A DNA stretch of 64,000 bases from Alphaproteobacteria bacterium (GTDB taxonomy: Bacteria > Pseudomonadota > Alphaproteobacteria > MPNO01 > UBA830): assembly GCA_964291215.2 (NCBI GenBank), contig OZ219790.1:1696001-1760000 (forward strand), written 5' to 3'. A program made the translations under genes and the position numbers. This document shows, piece by piece, positions 21,818 through 32,704 of this stretch. The notes beneath the pieces were generated by a model. The model searched no databases and was not told where the DNA came from. It saw nothing but the letters and a program-made list of their open reading frames with translations. How positions within the stretch are numbered: the stretch's first letter is position 1; each line of letters begins with the position of its first letter.

Positions 21818-22673
21818 AACGCAGGCCAAGCCAGATTTTCCGGTATTGTGTGATCCGGACGGGACTGTCGATGGAATTCCAGCCCCGTTTCTCAAGGAGA
21901 TCGAGCATCTCGCGGTAGACCTTCATCATCACCACTGCCGGGCGCATGCGCCGGTATCCGATCTCGTCGGCCAGCAGCCTGTCGGCCTCGCCGTAATATT
22001 CCCGCGCAATCGCGGCCAATTCCGCGCAGGCTTCCGCCAGGCCTGGATGCGCGAGGGCAGCGCTCGCCGAATGTGTCGGGACGCCGTGCCGGGCGAGCAT
22101 GTCCATGGGCAGATAGATGCGTTGCAGCCCGGCGTCCTTGCGCAGGTCGCGCAGGATGTTGGTTAGCTGGAGCGCGTAGCCGAGCGTTTCCGCTACCCGG
22201 GGCGCGGGGTGCTCCGGCACGCCGAATGCGCGGATCAGGAGCATGCCGACTGCGCCGGCGACCTTGCGGCAGTATTGCAGGAGATCGTCGAGATCCGCCA
22301 TCCGCATTGTCTGCACGGTGTCGATTTCCACGCCATCGATGATGGCAAGGAATTCCTGCTCCGGGAGATCGAAGCGCCGCACCGGCTGAAGCAGCGCTTT
22401 GGTGGTCGGCCGTCTTGGCGTTCCCGAAAAGAGCAGGGTGATCTCTTCGCGCCAGGCCGCAAGGGCGCGCCTCTTATCAACCAGCTCGCCCGGCTCGTCC
22501 GTGACATCGTCGACTTCGCGGCAGAAAGCATAGATGGCATAGACGGCACGGCGCCGTTCCGCCGCCTGCACCCTCATCCCCCAGAGGAATGACGTTCCCG
22601 ACTGCGCGACGACGCGATGGACATGAGTCCAGGGATCGGCTCCGTCGTCGGCCGGGCCACGGGGGTCGGCCAT
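21804..22673 (-). CDS. hpnD: Presqualene diphosphate synthase
   Basis: SGTSFLWGM, YAFCREVDD, ALQLTNILRD; start approximate. Confidence 0.88.
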   Translation of the reverse strand: MADPRGPADDGADPWTHVHRVVAQSGTSFLWGMRVQAAERRRAVYAIYAFCREVDDVTDEPGELVDKRRALAAWREEITLLFSGTPRRPTTKALLQPVRRFDLPEQEFLAIIDGVEIDTVQTMRMADLDDLLQYCRKVAGAVGMLLIRAFGVPEHPAPRVAETLGYALQLTNILRDLRKDAGLQRIYLPMDMLARHGVPTHSASAALAHPGLAEACAELAAIAREYYGEADRLLADEIGYRRMRPAVVMMKVYREMLDLLEKRGWNSIDSPVRITQYRKIWLGLRYGLF

Positions 22674-22881
22674 GGGCCGATGCGTCGAGTTCACCTGGTT
22701 GCGGCCTCCCTCGCCCGTTCCGCGGGGCCGACCGTTATGGCTGCTGTCGGGCCTGCAGGCAGCAGAACGCATTGCGGAGCTGCGCCCGGAACGACCGTAA
22801 CCGCCCCGGACAGATGCAGACCACGCCCGGACCGGCGCTGCGGCCCTTCGCGCCGAAGGCTGTTTCCGGGTGCCCGCATCC

Positions 22882-24798
22882 TCAACCCTGCCGCGCGATC
22901 TTCAGGCCCTCTTCTCGCCCAAGGGCCAAGAGAACGGTCGCCACTATGCTTGCCGCATCGAGCCCGGCGCTCTGCAACTGTCGCTGCGGAGTGTCCTGGT
23001 CGAGAAACGCGTCGGGCATTACGATCGGCCGGAACACAAGCCCGGAATCAAAGATTCCCTCCCGCGCCAGCACATGCATTACCTGGGTGGCAAAACCGCC
23101 GATCGAACCCTCCTCGATGGTTGCCAGGATCTGGTGATTGGCCGCGAGATCGGTGACGAGCTTTTCGTCGAGGGGTTTTGCGAAACGCGCGTCGGCGACT
23201 GTCGTCGACAGGTTGTGCGTCTCGAGCGTACCGGCGGCCTCGAGGCAGTCCTGAAGACGCGCACCGTAGGACAGCAGCGCGACCCGTGTACCCTCCTGCA
23301 CGACCCGTCCCTTGCCGATTTCGAGCGCCTCGGGGTGCTCGGGAAGCGGAACGCCGATACCGCTGCCGCGCGGGTACCGGAAGGCGCTCGGCCGGTCGTC
23401 TATCGCCGCCGCGGTGGCCACCATCCTGACCAGTTCGCCTTCGTCTGCTGCGGCCATCAGCACCATTCCCGGAAGACACCCCATATAGGCAATGTCGAAA
23501 GCCCCGCAATGCGTCTGCCCGTCGGCACCGACATATCCTGCCCGATCGAGCGCGAAGCGCACCGGCAGTTCCTGGATCGCGACATCGTGGACAATCTGGT
23601 CGAAGGCTCGCTGCAGGAACGTCGAGTAAATGGCGGCGAACGGCTTCATGCCCTCGGCGGCAAGGCCGGCAGCGAAGGTAACCGCATGCTGTTCGGCAAG
23701 GCCGACATCGAAGGTCCGGTCCGGAAACACCTCGCCGAAGCGGTCGATGCCCGTGCCGGACGGCATTGCTGCGGTGATCGCCACGATGCGGTCGTCGCGC
23801 CGCGCTTGGTCGATGAGGCTGTCCGCGAAAACGCGGGTATAGCTCGGCAGGTTGGACCCGCCGCCGGCGAACTCTCCAGTGGCGACATCGAACTTGCCGA
23901 CGCCGTGATAGTAGTCGGCCGAACTCTCCGCCGGCGCATACCCTTTGCCCTTCTGGGTGATAACGTGAACCAGGACCGGACCGTCGGCCTCGTCGTCACG
24001 GACGTTGCGCAGCACCGGGACAAGATGGTCCAAATTGTGGCCGTCAATCGGTCCGACATAGAAGCAGCCGAGCTCCTCGAACAGGGTGCCGCCGGTCAAC
24101 ATTCCGCGGACATAGCTTTCCGCCCGCTGCGCGGACTTCTTGACCGTTCTCGGAAATCGCTCGGACAGGTGAAGTCCGATGTCGCGCAGGGAACGGTAGG
24201 ACTTGGAGGAAATCAGCCGCGACAGGTAGGCCGACAACGCCCCGGTCGGAGGCGCGATCGACATGTCGTTGTCGTTGAGGATGACGATAAGCTTGTTGTC
24301 CATGGCCCCGGCGTTGTTGAGCCCTTCGAACGCCATGCCGCCGGTCATCGCGCCGTCGCCGATCACCGCCACCACCTTGTTCTTTCCGCCCTGCAGGTCA
24401 CGCCCCACAGAAAAGCCGAGCGCCGCCGAGATTGATGTCGAGGCGTGAGCGGCGCCGAAGGGGTCATATTCGCTTTCCGCGCGCTTGGTGAAACCCGACA
24501 GCCCGCCGCCCTGGCGCAGCGTGCGGATCCGGTCGCGGCGCCCGGTCAGGATCTTGTGCGGATAGACCTGGTGCCCGACATCCCAGACGATCCGGTCGTC
24601 CGGGGTGTTGAACAGGTAGTGAAGCGCCACGGTAAGCTCGACAACCCCGAGGCCCGCGCCGAGGTGTCCGCCGGTCATGGACACCGCATCAATGGTTTCG
24701 GCCCGCAACTCGTCGGCAAACTGGCGCAGTTGGTCGAGTCTGAGTTTCCTCAGGTCCCGCGGCTCGTTGACGATGTCAAGCAGTGCTGTCTCTGGCAT
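22882..24798 (-). CDS. dxs: 1-deoxy-D-xylulose-5-phosphate synthase
   Basis: [36 protein letters not shown]. Confidence 0.97.
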   Translation of the reverse strand: MPETALLDIVNEPRDLRKLRLDQLRQFADELRAETIDAVSMTGGHLGAGLGVVELTVALHYLFNTPDDRIVWDVGHQVYPHKILTGRRDRIRTLRQGGGLSGFTKRAESEYDPFGAAHASTSISAALGFSVGRDLQGGKNKVVAVIGDGAMTGGMAFEGLNNAGAMDNKLIVILNDNDMSIAPPTGALSAYLSRLISSKSYRSLRDIGLHLSERFPRTVKKSAQRAESYVRGMLTGGTLFEELGCFYVGPIDGHNLDHLVPVLRNVRDDEADGPVLVHVITQKGKGYAPAESSADYYHGVGKFDVATGEFAGGGSNLPSYTRVFADSLIDQARRDDRIVAITAAMPSGTGIDRFGEVFPDRTFDVGLAEQHAVTFAAGLAAEGMKPFAAIYSTFLQRAFDQIVHDVAIQELPVRFALDRAGYVGADGQTHCGAFDIAYMGCLPGMVLMAAADEGELVRMVATAAAIDDRPSAFRYPRGSGIGVPLPEHPEALEIGKGRVVQEGTRVALLSYGARLQDCLEAAGTLETHNLSTTVADARFAKPLDEKLVTDLAANHQILATIEEGSIGGFATQVMHVLAREGIFDSGLVFRPIVMPDAFLDQDTPQRQLQSAGLDAASIVATVLLALGREEGLKIARQG

Positions 24799-24846
24799 TG
24801 TCCGTCCTTTGCTGCACTGACCTGATGCCGGGGTCGTCAAGAGCTG

Positions 24847-25740
24847 TCAGCGGTCGCGTTTCAACACGTATTCGGCGACTGCCCTGAGAGCGGTGTTGCG
24901 CTCGCCGAACATTTCGAGATTCGCGAGTGCCGAATCGGCGATTCGCCGGAGTTCGCGCCTCGCGCCCTCGATTCCGAGGATCGAGATGAAGGTTGCCTTG
25001 CCGGCGGCCATGTCCTTGTGGACCTTCTTGCCCAGCGCCGTCTCGTCACCCTCGACGTCGAGAAGGTCGTCGACGATCTGGAAGGCGAGTCCCAACTCGG
25101 AACCGAACGTCTGGAGCACTCCGCGAGCCTCGCGAGGCGCCTGTCCCAGTATGGCGCCAGCCGTGGCGGAAAAAGAGAACAGGGCACCAGTCTTGAGCCG
25201 GGCCAGCCTCGTCGCGACATCGGCTCCGACGGTGACATGTTCGCTCTCGAGGTCGATCATCTGCCCGCCCACCATCCCCCGTGGGCCGATAGCGGCGGCA
25301 AGGGTGGCCGCCAGGTCTGCCCGGACGCCGGTGTCGGGATGGGTGTCCGGCGCCGCCAGGGTCTCGAATGCGAGGCTGTGCAACGCGTCTCCCGCCAGTA
25401 TCGCTGTCGCCTCGTCGAAAGCCTTGTGGCATGACGGCTTCCCGCGGCGCAGGTCATCGTCATCCAGCGCCGGCAGATCATCGTGCACCAGGGAATAGGC
25501 GTGGATCATCTCGACGGCGGCGCCAACCCTCCTGCGCTGCGCCGCCGGTACTCCGAACATGCTCGCCGAGGTCTCCACGATGTAGGGCCGCAGATACTTG
25601 CCTCCGCCGAGCACCGCGTACGACATCGCTTCGTACAACTTCTCCTCGGGGCCGTGCTGCGATGGCAGCAGCGCGGCGAGCACCCCCTCCATCTGTCCGG
25701 AAAAATCGGAAAGTTCGTCCGGAACGCATATCGTGCCCAT
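24847..25740 (-). CDS. ispA: Farnesyl/geranylgeranyl diphosphate synthase
   Basis: SLVHDDLPALDDDDLRRGKP and FQIVDDLLD motifs. Confidence 0.9.
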   Translation of the reverse strand: MGTICVPDELSDFSGQMEGVLAALLPSQHGPEEKLYEAMSYAVLGGGKYLRPYIVETSASMFGVPAAQRRRVGAAVEMIHAYSLVHDDLPALDDDDLRRGKPSCHKAFDEATAILAGDALHSLAFETLAAPDTHPDTGVRADLAATLAAAIGPRGMVGGQMIDLESEHVTVGADVATRLARLKTGALFSFSATAGAILGQAPREARGVLQTFGSELGLAFQIVDDLLDVEGDETALGKKVHKDMAAGKATFISILGIEGARRELRRIADSALANLEMFGERNTALRAVAEYVLKRDR

Positions 25741-26233
25741 CGCTCCAACTCTCCGCAGTGTTTCCGGTTCCCGTCCACCGCCGCCGCTTGCCTTCAGAGC
25801 CAGTCGCAGGCGTGACCGGCTGCCACCAAGGGGACATGATGGTCCAGGTTCACTTGGTAGCGTCGGGAACCGAATCCACGGGCGATGAGGCGACCACCCG
25901 CACCAACATGTCACGAGTATGGATATCGATTTGGGGATGCGAGTGCAATTTTCAAGACTGCGTCGATCATGAACAGGAGCTCTCCAGAAGCGCCGACCGG
26001 GGGGCAGCGGACGGCATATTTGCGTCCCGCGCCGTCCAAACCGTGCTACCGTGTCATGGCGGCAGGCGTTGCATGGGCAGGCAGGGCAGGCCGCATGGCA
26101 GCGGACGGGGGCTGGGCCGCAACCGCCAGTCGGGAAATTCGTGGCAGGACTGCTGACGTGTCGCTGACGTTGCCCGCGCCTGAGCCATTCGTTATGTTAG
26201 CGGCCGTTTTGTCAGGGAATTCGGAGCAGCCTA

Positions 26234-26881
26234 GTGGGCGACATCTTTCGAGAGGTCGATGAGGAACTCAGACAGGAGCGCTACGAGAGGCTGTGGCGCC
26301 AGTACGGGAAATACCTCATCGCCGCCGCCGTGATTGTCGTCGCGGCAGTAGCCGCATGGCAAGGCTGGAGCAGTTACAGGGTCTCTCAGCAGGAGGCCGG
26401 GGGGCTTGAGTTCAGCGCCGCCACCCGGCTCGTGCGCGAGGGCAGGATCGAGCAGGCGGAAACCGCCTTTGCCACGTTGAGCGCCAGTGCCGGCTACGGC
26501 GTGTTGTCCCGGTTCCACCAAGCGTCGATTCGCGCTGCCGGCGGCGATCACGCGTCGGCTGTCGACATCTATGACAGGCTCGCGGCCGACCGCGACACCT
26601 CGCCCTCCCTTCGTGGGTTGGCGACCGTTCTTGCCGGTCTGCAGGCCCTCCGGGTGGACGATATCCCCGCGGATGCGATTTCGGACAGAATCGCTCCACT
26701 GACCGGGCCGGGAGCGGCCTACCGCCATATCGCGCAAGAAATACTCGCCATGGCGGCACAGCGGGCAGGTGACCGGGAGACGGCAGTGTCGTACTATCGC
26801 AAGCTCGTCGACGATGCCGAAACGCCTTCGGGAATCCGGACTCGCGCGGCGCAAATGTTGAACATTCTCGGGGCTTCCTGA
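26234..26881 (+). CDS. TPR membrane protein (YfgM-like)
   Basis: DIFREVDEELR..LW N-terminus, single TM; precedes bamB-der. Confidence 0.85.
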   Translation: MGDIFREVDEELRQERYERLWRQYGKYLIAAAVIVVAAVAAWQGWSSYRVSQQEAGGLEFSAATRLVREGRIEQAETAFATLSASAGYGVLSRFHQASIRAAGGDHASAVDIYDRLAADRDTSPSLRGLATVLAGLQALRVDDIPADAISDRIAPLTGPGAAYRHIAQEILAMAAQRAGDRETAVSYYRKLVDDAETPSGIRTRAAQMLNILGAS

Positions 26882-26902
26882 GAACAACCGGAGAGTCCGG
26901 CG

Positions 26903-28225
26903 ATGACGGAATCACGTGCGGTTGTGATCCTTCTGGCGGTGCTGGCGTTGTCCGGGTGTTCCGGATGGTTTGGCGAATCCGAAGAGGAGAGGCTGGCGGG
27001 AGAGCGCGTGTCGATCCTCGACCGCATTGGCGTTCCATCCCCTGACGCCCAGGTTGCAAACGTCGCGATAACGCTACCGGCGCAGCGCGTCAACGCGAAC
27101 TGGCCCCAAGAAGGGGGTGAGCCGGGTCACGCAATGCGGCATTTGGCCGCTTCCGGCGAGTTTGCGGCCCTGTGGAGCGGTGACGCCGGCGCCGGCTCGG
27201 GAGGCAGCGCCAAGATTCTCGGCCAGCCGGTGATTTCGGGCGGCCGCGTCTTCACAATTGACGCCGATGCTGCCGTGAGCGCTTTCGATGCCGGAAACGG
27301 CGATGTGCTGTGGCGCGTCACTCTCGTTCGCGACGACGATGACGACGACGGCATACTCGGCGGCGGGCTGGCCGTAGCGCAGGGCCGGGTCTTTGCGACG
27401 ACGGGGTTCTCTCATGTCGTCTCGCTCTCGGCTGCGGACGGCACCGAAATCTGGCGAAAGGCGCTGAATGCGCCGCTGAGAGCTGCGCCGACAGTCAGTG
27501 ACGGGCGGGTGTTCGTCCTAACCGTCGCCGACCAGCTCTTTGCGCTCGATGCTGGTGACGGCCGTGAACTCTGGAACTATCCGGGCCTGAGCGAAGTCGC
27601 GAGACTGGTCGGCGCCGCTGCACCGGCTGCCGGTTCCGGGGTCGTGGTCGCTCCGTACAGTTCCGGCGAGGTCGCGGCGTTGCGGGTCGAGAACGGCCGT
27701 GTGGTGTGGACCGAATCGCTCGCCGCAGTTCGGCGGCCGGATGCGATTACATCGCTCGCACACATTCGCGGCTGGCCGGTGATCGACCGCGGCGTGGTCT
27801 ATGTCGTCAGCCACGCCGGCCGCACGATGGCCGTGGACCTTCGGACGGGCGGCCGCCTCTGGGTGGCCCGGGTCGGAGGCGTGCACGGCCCTTGGGTGGC
27901 AGGCGACTTCGTCTACGTGGTGACTGGCGAGGCGGCGCTGGTTTGCCTGACCCGTCGTGGCGGACTGGTGCGCTGGGTGAAGCAGCTGCAGCGCTACGAG
28001 GACGAGAAGGACCTCGAGGACGAGATACTCTGGACCGGTCCGGTTCTTGCCGGCGGAAGACTGGTCGTTGCCAACAGCAACGGTGAAATCCTGTTCCTGT
28101 CGCCACGGGACGGAGAAATCGTCGGCCGCGCAGAGGCTCGAGGGCCGGTCCTGATTCCCCCAGCCGTTGCCGGGGAGACGCTGTTCGTGCTCACCGAGAA
28201 TGCTCTCCTGACAGCCCTGCGCTGA
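26903..28225 (+). CDS. bamB: PQQ-repeat beta-propeller lipoprotein (BamB-like)
   Basis: Lipobox LSGC, PQQ-type repeats, synteny with der. Confidence 0.85.
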   Translation: MTESRAVVILLAVLALSGCSGWFGESEEERLAGERVSILDRIGVPSPDAQVANVAITLPAQRVNANWPQEGGEPGHAMRHLAASGEFAALWSGDAGAGSGGSAKILGQPVISGGRVFTIDADAAVSAFDAGNGDVLWRVTLVRDDDDDDGILGGGLAVAQGRVFATTGFSHVVSLSAADGTEIWRKALNAPLRAAPTVSDGRVFVLTVADQLFALDAGDGRELWNYPGLSEVARLVGAAAPAAGSGVVVAPYSSGEVAALRVENGRVVWTESLAAVRRPDAITSLAHIRGWPVIDRGVVYVVSHAGRTMAVDLRTGGRLWVARVGGVHGPWVAGDFVYVVTGEAALVCLTRRGGLVRWVKQLQRYEDEKDLEDEILWTGPVLAGGRLVVANSNGEILFLSPRDGEIVGRAEARGPVLIPPAVAGETLFVLTENALLTALR

Positions 28226-28235
28226 ATACCCGGCC

Positions 28236-29624
28236 ATGAAACCGGTTGTCGCCATTCTGGGGCGGCCCAATGTCGGCAAATCGACTCTGTTCAATCGCCT
28301 GGTTGGATCTCGTCGCGCGTTGGTCGCGCCGACGCCCGGCGTGACCCGGGACCGCAGGGAGGATAAGGCGCGAATCGGGCAGCTGGAATTCACCGCGGTT
28401 GATACGGCCGGCCTCGAGGAGGCTCCTGCGACGGAGCTCGTCGGCGCGATGCAGGAACAGGCCCGGTGCGCCGCCCTCTCCGCCGATGTCGTGTTGCTGG
28501 TGGTGGACGCCAGAGCCGGCGTCACGCCCGTGGACGAATTCTTCGCCAGACAGGTCAGACGGGACGGAACGCCGTCGATCCTTGTCGCGAACAAGTGTGA
28601 GTCTCGTGCCGCAGACGCCGGAGTCCTGGAGTGCGCCCGGCTCGGTCTCGGGCCGCCGGTGGCTGTCGCCGCAGAACACGGAATCGGGATGCTGGAGCTG
28701 GAACTGGCGCTCCGGGACCGGTTTCGCAGCGCGCTGCCGCCTGACGCCACCGGCGAAGACGAACTCCTGGCGGAAGGGTCCGGAGCAGGCGGCGACGGGG
28801 ATCAGGGCCCGTTGCGCCTGGTGATTGCAGGGCGGCCGAATGTCGGAAAGTCGACCCTTCTGAACCGACTCCTCGGCGAAGAGCGTGTCATCACGGGTTC
28901 GGAGCCGGGTACGACGCATGACGCGATTGCCGTGCGCTGGACCTGGGACGGCCGACAGTTCGAACTTGTCGACACTGCGGGACTGCGGCGCAAGGCGCGG
29001 ATAGCTGAGCGGCTCGAGAAATTGTCGGTTGGCGATACTCTCGAAGCGATCCGCCTCTCCCATGTCGTCGTACTGGTGGTCGACGCGAACCAGATGCCCG
29101 AACGGCAGGACCTGGTGATTGCACGCCACGTGATCGACGAGGGGCGTGCGATCGTCATCGCCGTCAACAAGTGGGATGCGGTTGATGACGGCCGTGCAGC
29201 GACAGACCGCCTGCGTCACCGTCTCGAGATCTCGTTGCCGCAGGTCCGCGGCGTGCCTGTCGTCACGTTGTCGGCGCTTACCGGCAAGGGCGTCGAAGAC
29301 CTTCTCCCCCGGGTGCTGTCCGCCCATGAGACCTGGAACCGCCGCGTTGCGACGGGGCCGCTCAATCGCTGGGTCGCGGAGGTCGTCGAGCGCCACCCGC
29401 CGCCGCTTCACCGGGGCCGCCGGGTCCGCATCCGCTACGTCACCCAGTCGGGTGTGCGCCCGCCCACCTTCGCGGTGTTCGTCAACCGGCCGCGCGGCGT
29501 GCCCGAATCGTACATTCGCTATCTTGTCAACGATATCCGCAACAGTTTCGGGTTTTCCGGCGTCCCCATCCGAATTCAGCTCCGGCGCCAGGACAATCCC
29601 TACGCGGCTGACCGGGGCAGGTAG
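28236..29624 (+). CDS. der: Ribosome biogenesis GTPase Der
   Basis: Two GRPNVGKS P-loops with DTAG motifs. Confidence 0.97.
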   Translation: MKPVVAILGRPNVGKSTLFNRLVGSRRALVAPTPGVTRDRREDKARIGQLEFTAVDTAGLEEAPATELVGAMQEQARCAALSADVVLLVVDARAGVTPVDEFFARQVRRDGTPSILVANKCESRAADAGVLECARLGLGPPVAVAAEHGIGMLELELALRDRFRSALPPDATGEDELLAEGSGAGGDGDQGPLRLVIAGRPNVGKSTLLNRLLGEERVITGSEPGTTHDAIAVRWTWDGRQFELVDTAGLRRKARIAERLEKLSVGDTLEAIRLSHVVVLVVDANQMPERQDLVIARHVIDEGRAIVIAVNKWDAVDDGRAATDRLRHRLEISLPQVRGVPVVTLSALTGKGVEDLLPRVLSAHETWNRRVATGPLNRWVAEVVERHPPPLHRGRRVRIRYVTQSGVRPPTFAVFVNRPRGVPESYIRYLVNDIRNSFGFSGVPIRIQLRRQDNPYAADRGR

Positions 29625-29895
29625 GGCGGAAGGTTGTCATCGGACGGTCTTCGCGGCTGGTCTTTTGTTACCGGTCGAGAGCGCGAAGGTTGGGAGCGCG
29701 GCGCTGATAGCGACGCCCGGAAAACGGTGGTTGGTTGTCGACGGGCGGGATGGTTTCGCAGGCGGCCGGGCGGGGTTCCATCGGCAGCAGAACATCGCCG
29801 CGGGTCAGCCACCATTCGGCGGCGTGTACCGGGCAGGACTACTTTTCGGCACCGGGCCTCGGATGGAGCGGCGAGATGGACGCAGGAGCGCGCGG

Positions 29896-30612
29896 TCAGG
29901 GATCGGGCAGGACAGTCTCACCGTGGCGCTGGCATGCGGGGGAAGCCAGCTCGACGAACAGGCTGGCGACGGATTCGGGCGATTTCAGGGTTGTCGGATC
30001 CTCACCGGGATAGGCCTGAGCACGCAAGCGCGTCCGGGTCGCACCCGGCTGCACGATGTTGACCCGAATCCGGGTGCGACGGGTTTCCGCGGCCCAGCAG
30101 GCGACCAAGGCCTCAAGGGCCGCCTTGCTCGCCGCATAGGCCCCCCAGTACGGAGCCTGGTTCCGCGCGACGGGCGCGGAGACGAATATAGCGCGTCCCG
30201 AGTCGGACGCGCTCAGCAACGGCGCAAGCGTACGGATGAGGCGCCAGTTGGCATGCAGATTGACGTCGAAGGCTTCCGTCCACCGGGCCTCGTCGATGTC
30301 CTGGACCGGCGCCAGCTCGCCGAGTGCGCCGGCATTGGCGACAAGGATGTCGAGCCTGCCGAAACGCTCTGCCAGGGCTGGACCGATGCCGTCGACCCGA
30401 TCGAAGTCGGCAAGATCGAGCTCGATCAACGTCGCACGACCGCCCTGTGCGGCCCTGATCTCGTCGTCCACCTCCTCGAGCGCGCCCCGGGTGCGCGCGG
30501 TCAGAACGACATGCACGCCCTCGGCGGCAAGTCGCCGCGCCACCGCCGCGCCGATGCCCCGCGAGGCTCCGGTGATCAGGGCGACGCGGTCCGCAAGAAT
30601 GCCGCCGGTCAC
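29896..30612 (-). CDS. Short-chain dehydrogenase/reductase
   Basis: TGASRGIG and YAASK; GTG start overlaps the purF stop. Confidence 0.9.
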   Translation of the reverse strand: MTGGILADRVALITGASRGIGAAVARRLAAEGVHVVLTARTRGALEEVDDEIRAAQGGRATLIELDLADFDRVDGIGPALAERFGRLDILVANAGALGELAPVQDIDEARWTEAFDVNLHANWRLIRTLAPLLSASDSGRAIFVSAPVARNQAPYWGAYAASKAALEALVACWAAETRRTRIRVNIVQPGATRTRLRAQAYPGEDPTTLKSPESVASLFVELASPACQRHGETVLPDP

Positions 30613-32075
30613 GCGAGTCGCGTCATGAAAGAGAGCTGCCGGTCCGCTTTGCGGCCGGACAGGTCTGTCAGTCGGACCGGGTAGTCGCCGGTAAAACAGG
30701 CATCGCAATATCCGGGCGAGTCCGGATCGCGTCCGGTCTCGCCCATCGCGCGGTAGAGGCCGTCAATCGAGAGGAAGGCGAGGCTGTCGACGCCAATGAT
30801 GCGCGCCATGTCCTCGACGGTATTCTGCGCGGCGAAAAGCTCGCTGCGGTCGGGCGTGTCGACGCCGTAAAAGCATGAATTCGCGGTTGGCGGGCTCGCT
30901 ATCCGCATATGTACGCTGCGTGCGCCCGCTGCGCGGACCATCTCGACTATCTTGGTCGAGGTGGTCCCCCGAACGATGCTGTCATCGACCAGTACGATGC
31001 TCTTGCCCCGGATGATTTCGCTGTTGGCGTTGTGCTTGAGCTTGACGCCGAGATGGCGGATGCGTTCCGTCGGTTCGATGAAGGTGCGGCCCACATAGTG
31101 ATTGCGGATGATTCCGAGTTCGTAGGGAATCCCGGACTGCTCGGCATAGCCAAGCGCCGCCGGGACGCCGGAGTCGGGCACCGGAACGACAATGTCGGCG
31201 GGAATATGAGTTTCCCGCGCGAGCTCGACGCCGATGCGCTTCCGAGATTCGTAGACGTTCCGTCCCTCGATGGTGCTGTCGGGCCGGGCAAAATAGATAT
31301 ACTCGAAGACGCAGAACCGGTGCGGCTGCGGTGTGAAGGGGTGCGTTGTCCGCACGCCGTCGGAGTCGATCAGGATCATCTCGCCCGGCTCGACATCCCG
31401 GACGTAGCTGGCGCCGATGATGTCGAGGGCGCAGCTTTCGGAGGCCAGCACGTGGCTGTTCTCGAGACGCCCGAGGACCAGCGGGCGGATGCCGTGGGGA
31501 TCGCGAACGCCGATCAGCGTATCGTTGTGCAGAGCGGCCAGCGAATATGCGCCCTCGACCTGCCCGAGCGCCGCTACCATGCGCTCGACGAGTGATTCTG
31601 CCCTGCTGGTTGCGATCAGATGAATCAGTACTTCGGTGTCGGTCGTCGACTGGAACAAGCAGCCGTCGGCCACGAGTTTCTGCCTTATGGTGAGGGCGTT
31701 GGTGAGATTGCCGTTATGGGCGATGGCGAAGCCGCCCGACGCGAGGTCTGCGAAGAGCGGCTGGATGTTTCGGGCAAGCGTTTCGCCGGTGGTCGAGTAG
31801 CGGTTGTGGCCAATCCCGATATTGCCCTGCAGCCCCCGGATGACGGACTCGTCGCCGAAATTGTCGGCGATGTTGCCGGGTCCCCGATGGCTGAAGAAGC
31901 GCCCATCCTCGAAAGTCACGATGCCGGCTGCCTCCTGCCCCCGATGCTGAAGGGCGTGGAGGCCGAGCGCGATCAGCGCCGCCGCGTCGGCATGACCGTG
32001 AATGCCGAATACGCCGCATTCCTCACGCAGCTTGTCGGCGCCGACATCGTTTGCGGGTGGTGAAGCGTATGTCAT
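30609..32075 (-). CDS. purF: Amidophosphoribosyltransferase
   Basis: EECGVFG, LQHRGQE, VDDSIVRGTT. Confidence 0.97.
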   Translation of the reverse strand: MTYASPPANDVGADKLREECGVFGIHGHADAAALIALGLHALQHRGQEAAGIVTFEDGRFFSHRGPGNIADNFGDESVIRGLQGNIGIGHNRYSTTGETLARNIQPLFADLASGGFAIAHNGNLTNALTIRQKLVADGCLFQSTTDTEVLIHLIATSRAESLVERMVAALGQVEGAYSLAALHNDTLIGVRDPHGIRPLVLGRLENSHVLASESCALDIIGASYVRDVEPGEMILIDSDGVRTTHPFTPQPHRFCVFEYIYFARPDSTIEGRNVYESRKRIGVELARETHIPADIVVPVPDSGVPAALGYAEQSGIPYELGIIRNHYVGRTFIEPTERIRHLGVKLKHNANSEIIRGKSIVLVDDSIVRGTTSTKIVEMVRAAGARSVHMRIASPPTANSCFYGVDTPDRSELFAAQNTVEDMARIIGVDSLAFLSIDGLYRAMGETGRDPDSPGYCDACFTGDYPVRLTDLSGRKADRQLSFMTRLA

Positions 32076-32077
32076 GC

Positions 32078-32704
32078 CTATCGCTGCGTGTTGAAGAGCC
32101 GGTCCATCTCCCGGCGCTCCTCGGCATTGTAACCCGGTTCGGTTTTCGGCGGTTCGGTTTTCGTCTGTGGCGATAACAGGGTCCGGAATTGCTGCTCGGC
32201 GTCCGGCACGGGAGCGGAAGAGGGCATTTCCGCCCAGTCGGGGGGCATCAAGGCCACCATAAGCCCGGCCGCCTGCCGCACCAGTGGCAGCGAGCGGGCA
32301 TCGCGGTAGAACTCCCAGTTGTCGGACAGCCCAAAGTGCCGCCCGGCCACGTAGGCGCCGCTGACGACGGCGATACCGAGAACCAGCCCGACCGCAAGCC
32401 CGAGCGTCCGGTCGAGCGGCCCGACGGCGCTTCGGCGCACGCGGCCGGCGAGCGCGTGCTTGACGTAGGTAAGTACGACCAGGCTGACCAGGAACAGTGC
32501 CGCTCCGGCGAGGATGTCGGCGGCAACCCCGTCGCCCATCCACTGTCTGGCGAACGGGCTGACGTGCGGGAATCCATAGATGGTTACCACCGTCGCGCCA
32601 ACCCAGCCAGCAAGCCACAATATGACATGCACCAGCCCGAGGCGAAAGGCAAAGAAGCCCGAGACGATGATCACGGCCGCAACCAGGATATCTGCCGGAC
32701 TCAT
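32078..32704 (-). CDS. cvpA: CvpA family membrane protein
   Basis: Hydrophobic, DRTLG motif, between radA and purF. Confidence 0.88.
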   Translation of the reverse strand: MSPADILVAAVIIVSGFFAFRLGLVHVILWLAGWVGATVVTIYGFPHVSPFARQWMGDGVAADILAGAALFLVSLVVLTYVKHALAGRVRRSAVGPLDRTLGLAVGLVLGIAVVSGAYVAGRHFGLSDNWEFYRDARSLPLVRQAAGLMVALMPPDWAEMPSSAPVPDAEQQFRTLLSPQTKTEPPKTEPGYNAEERREMDRLFNTQR

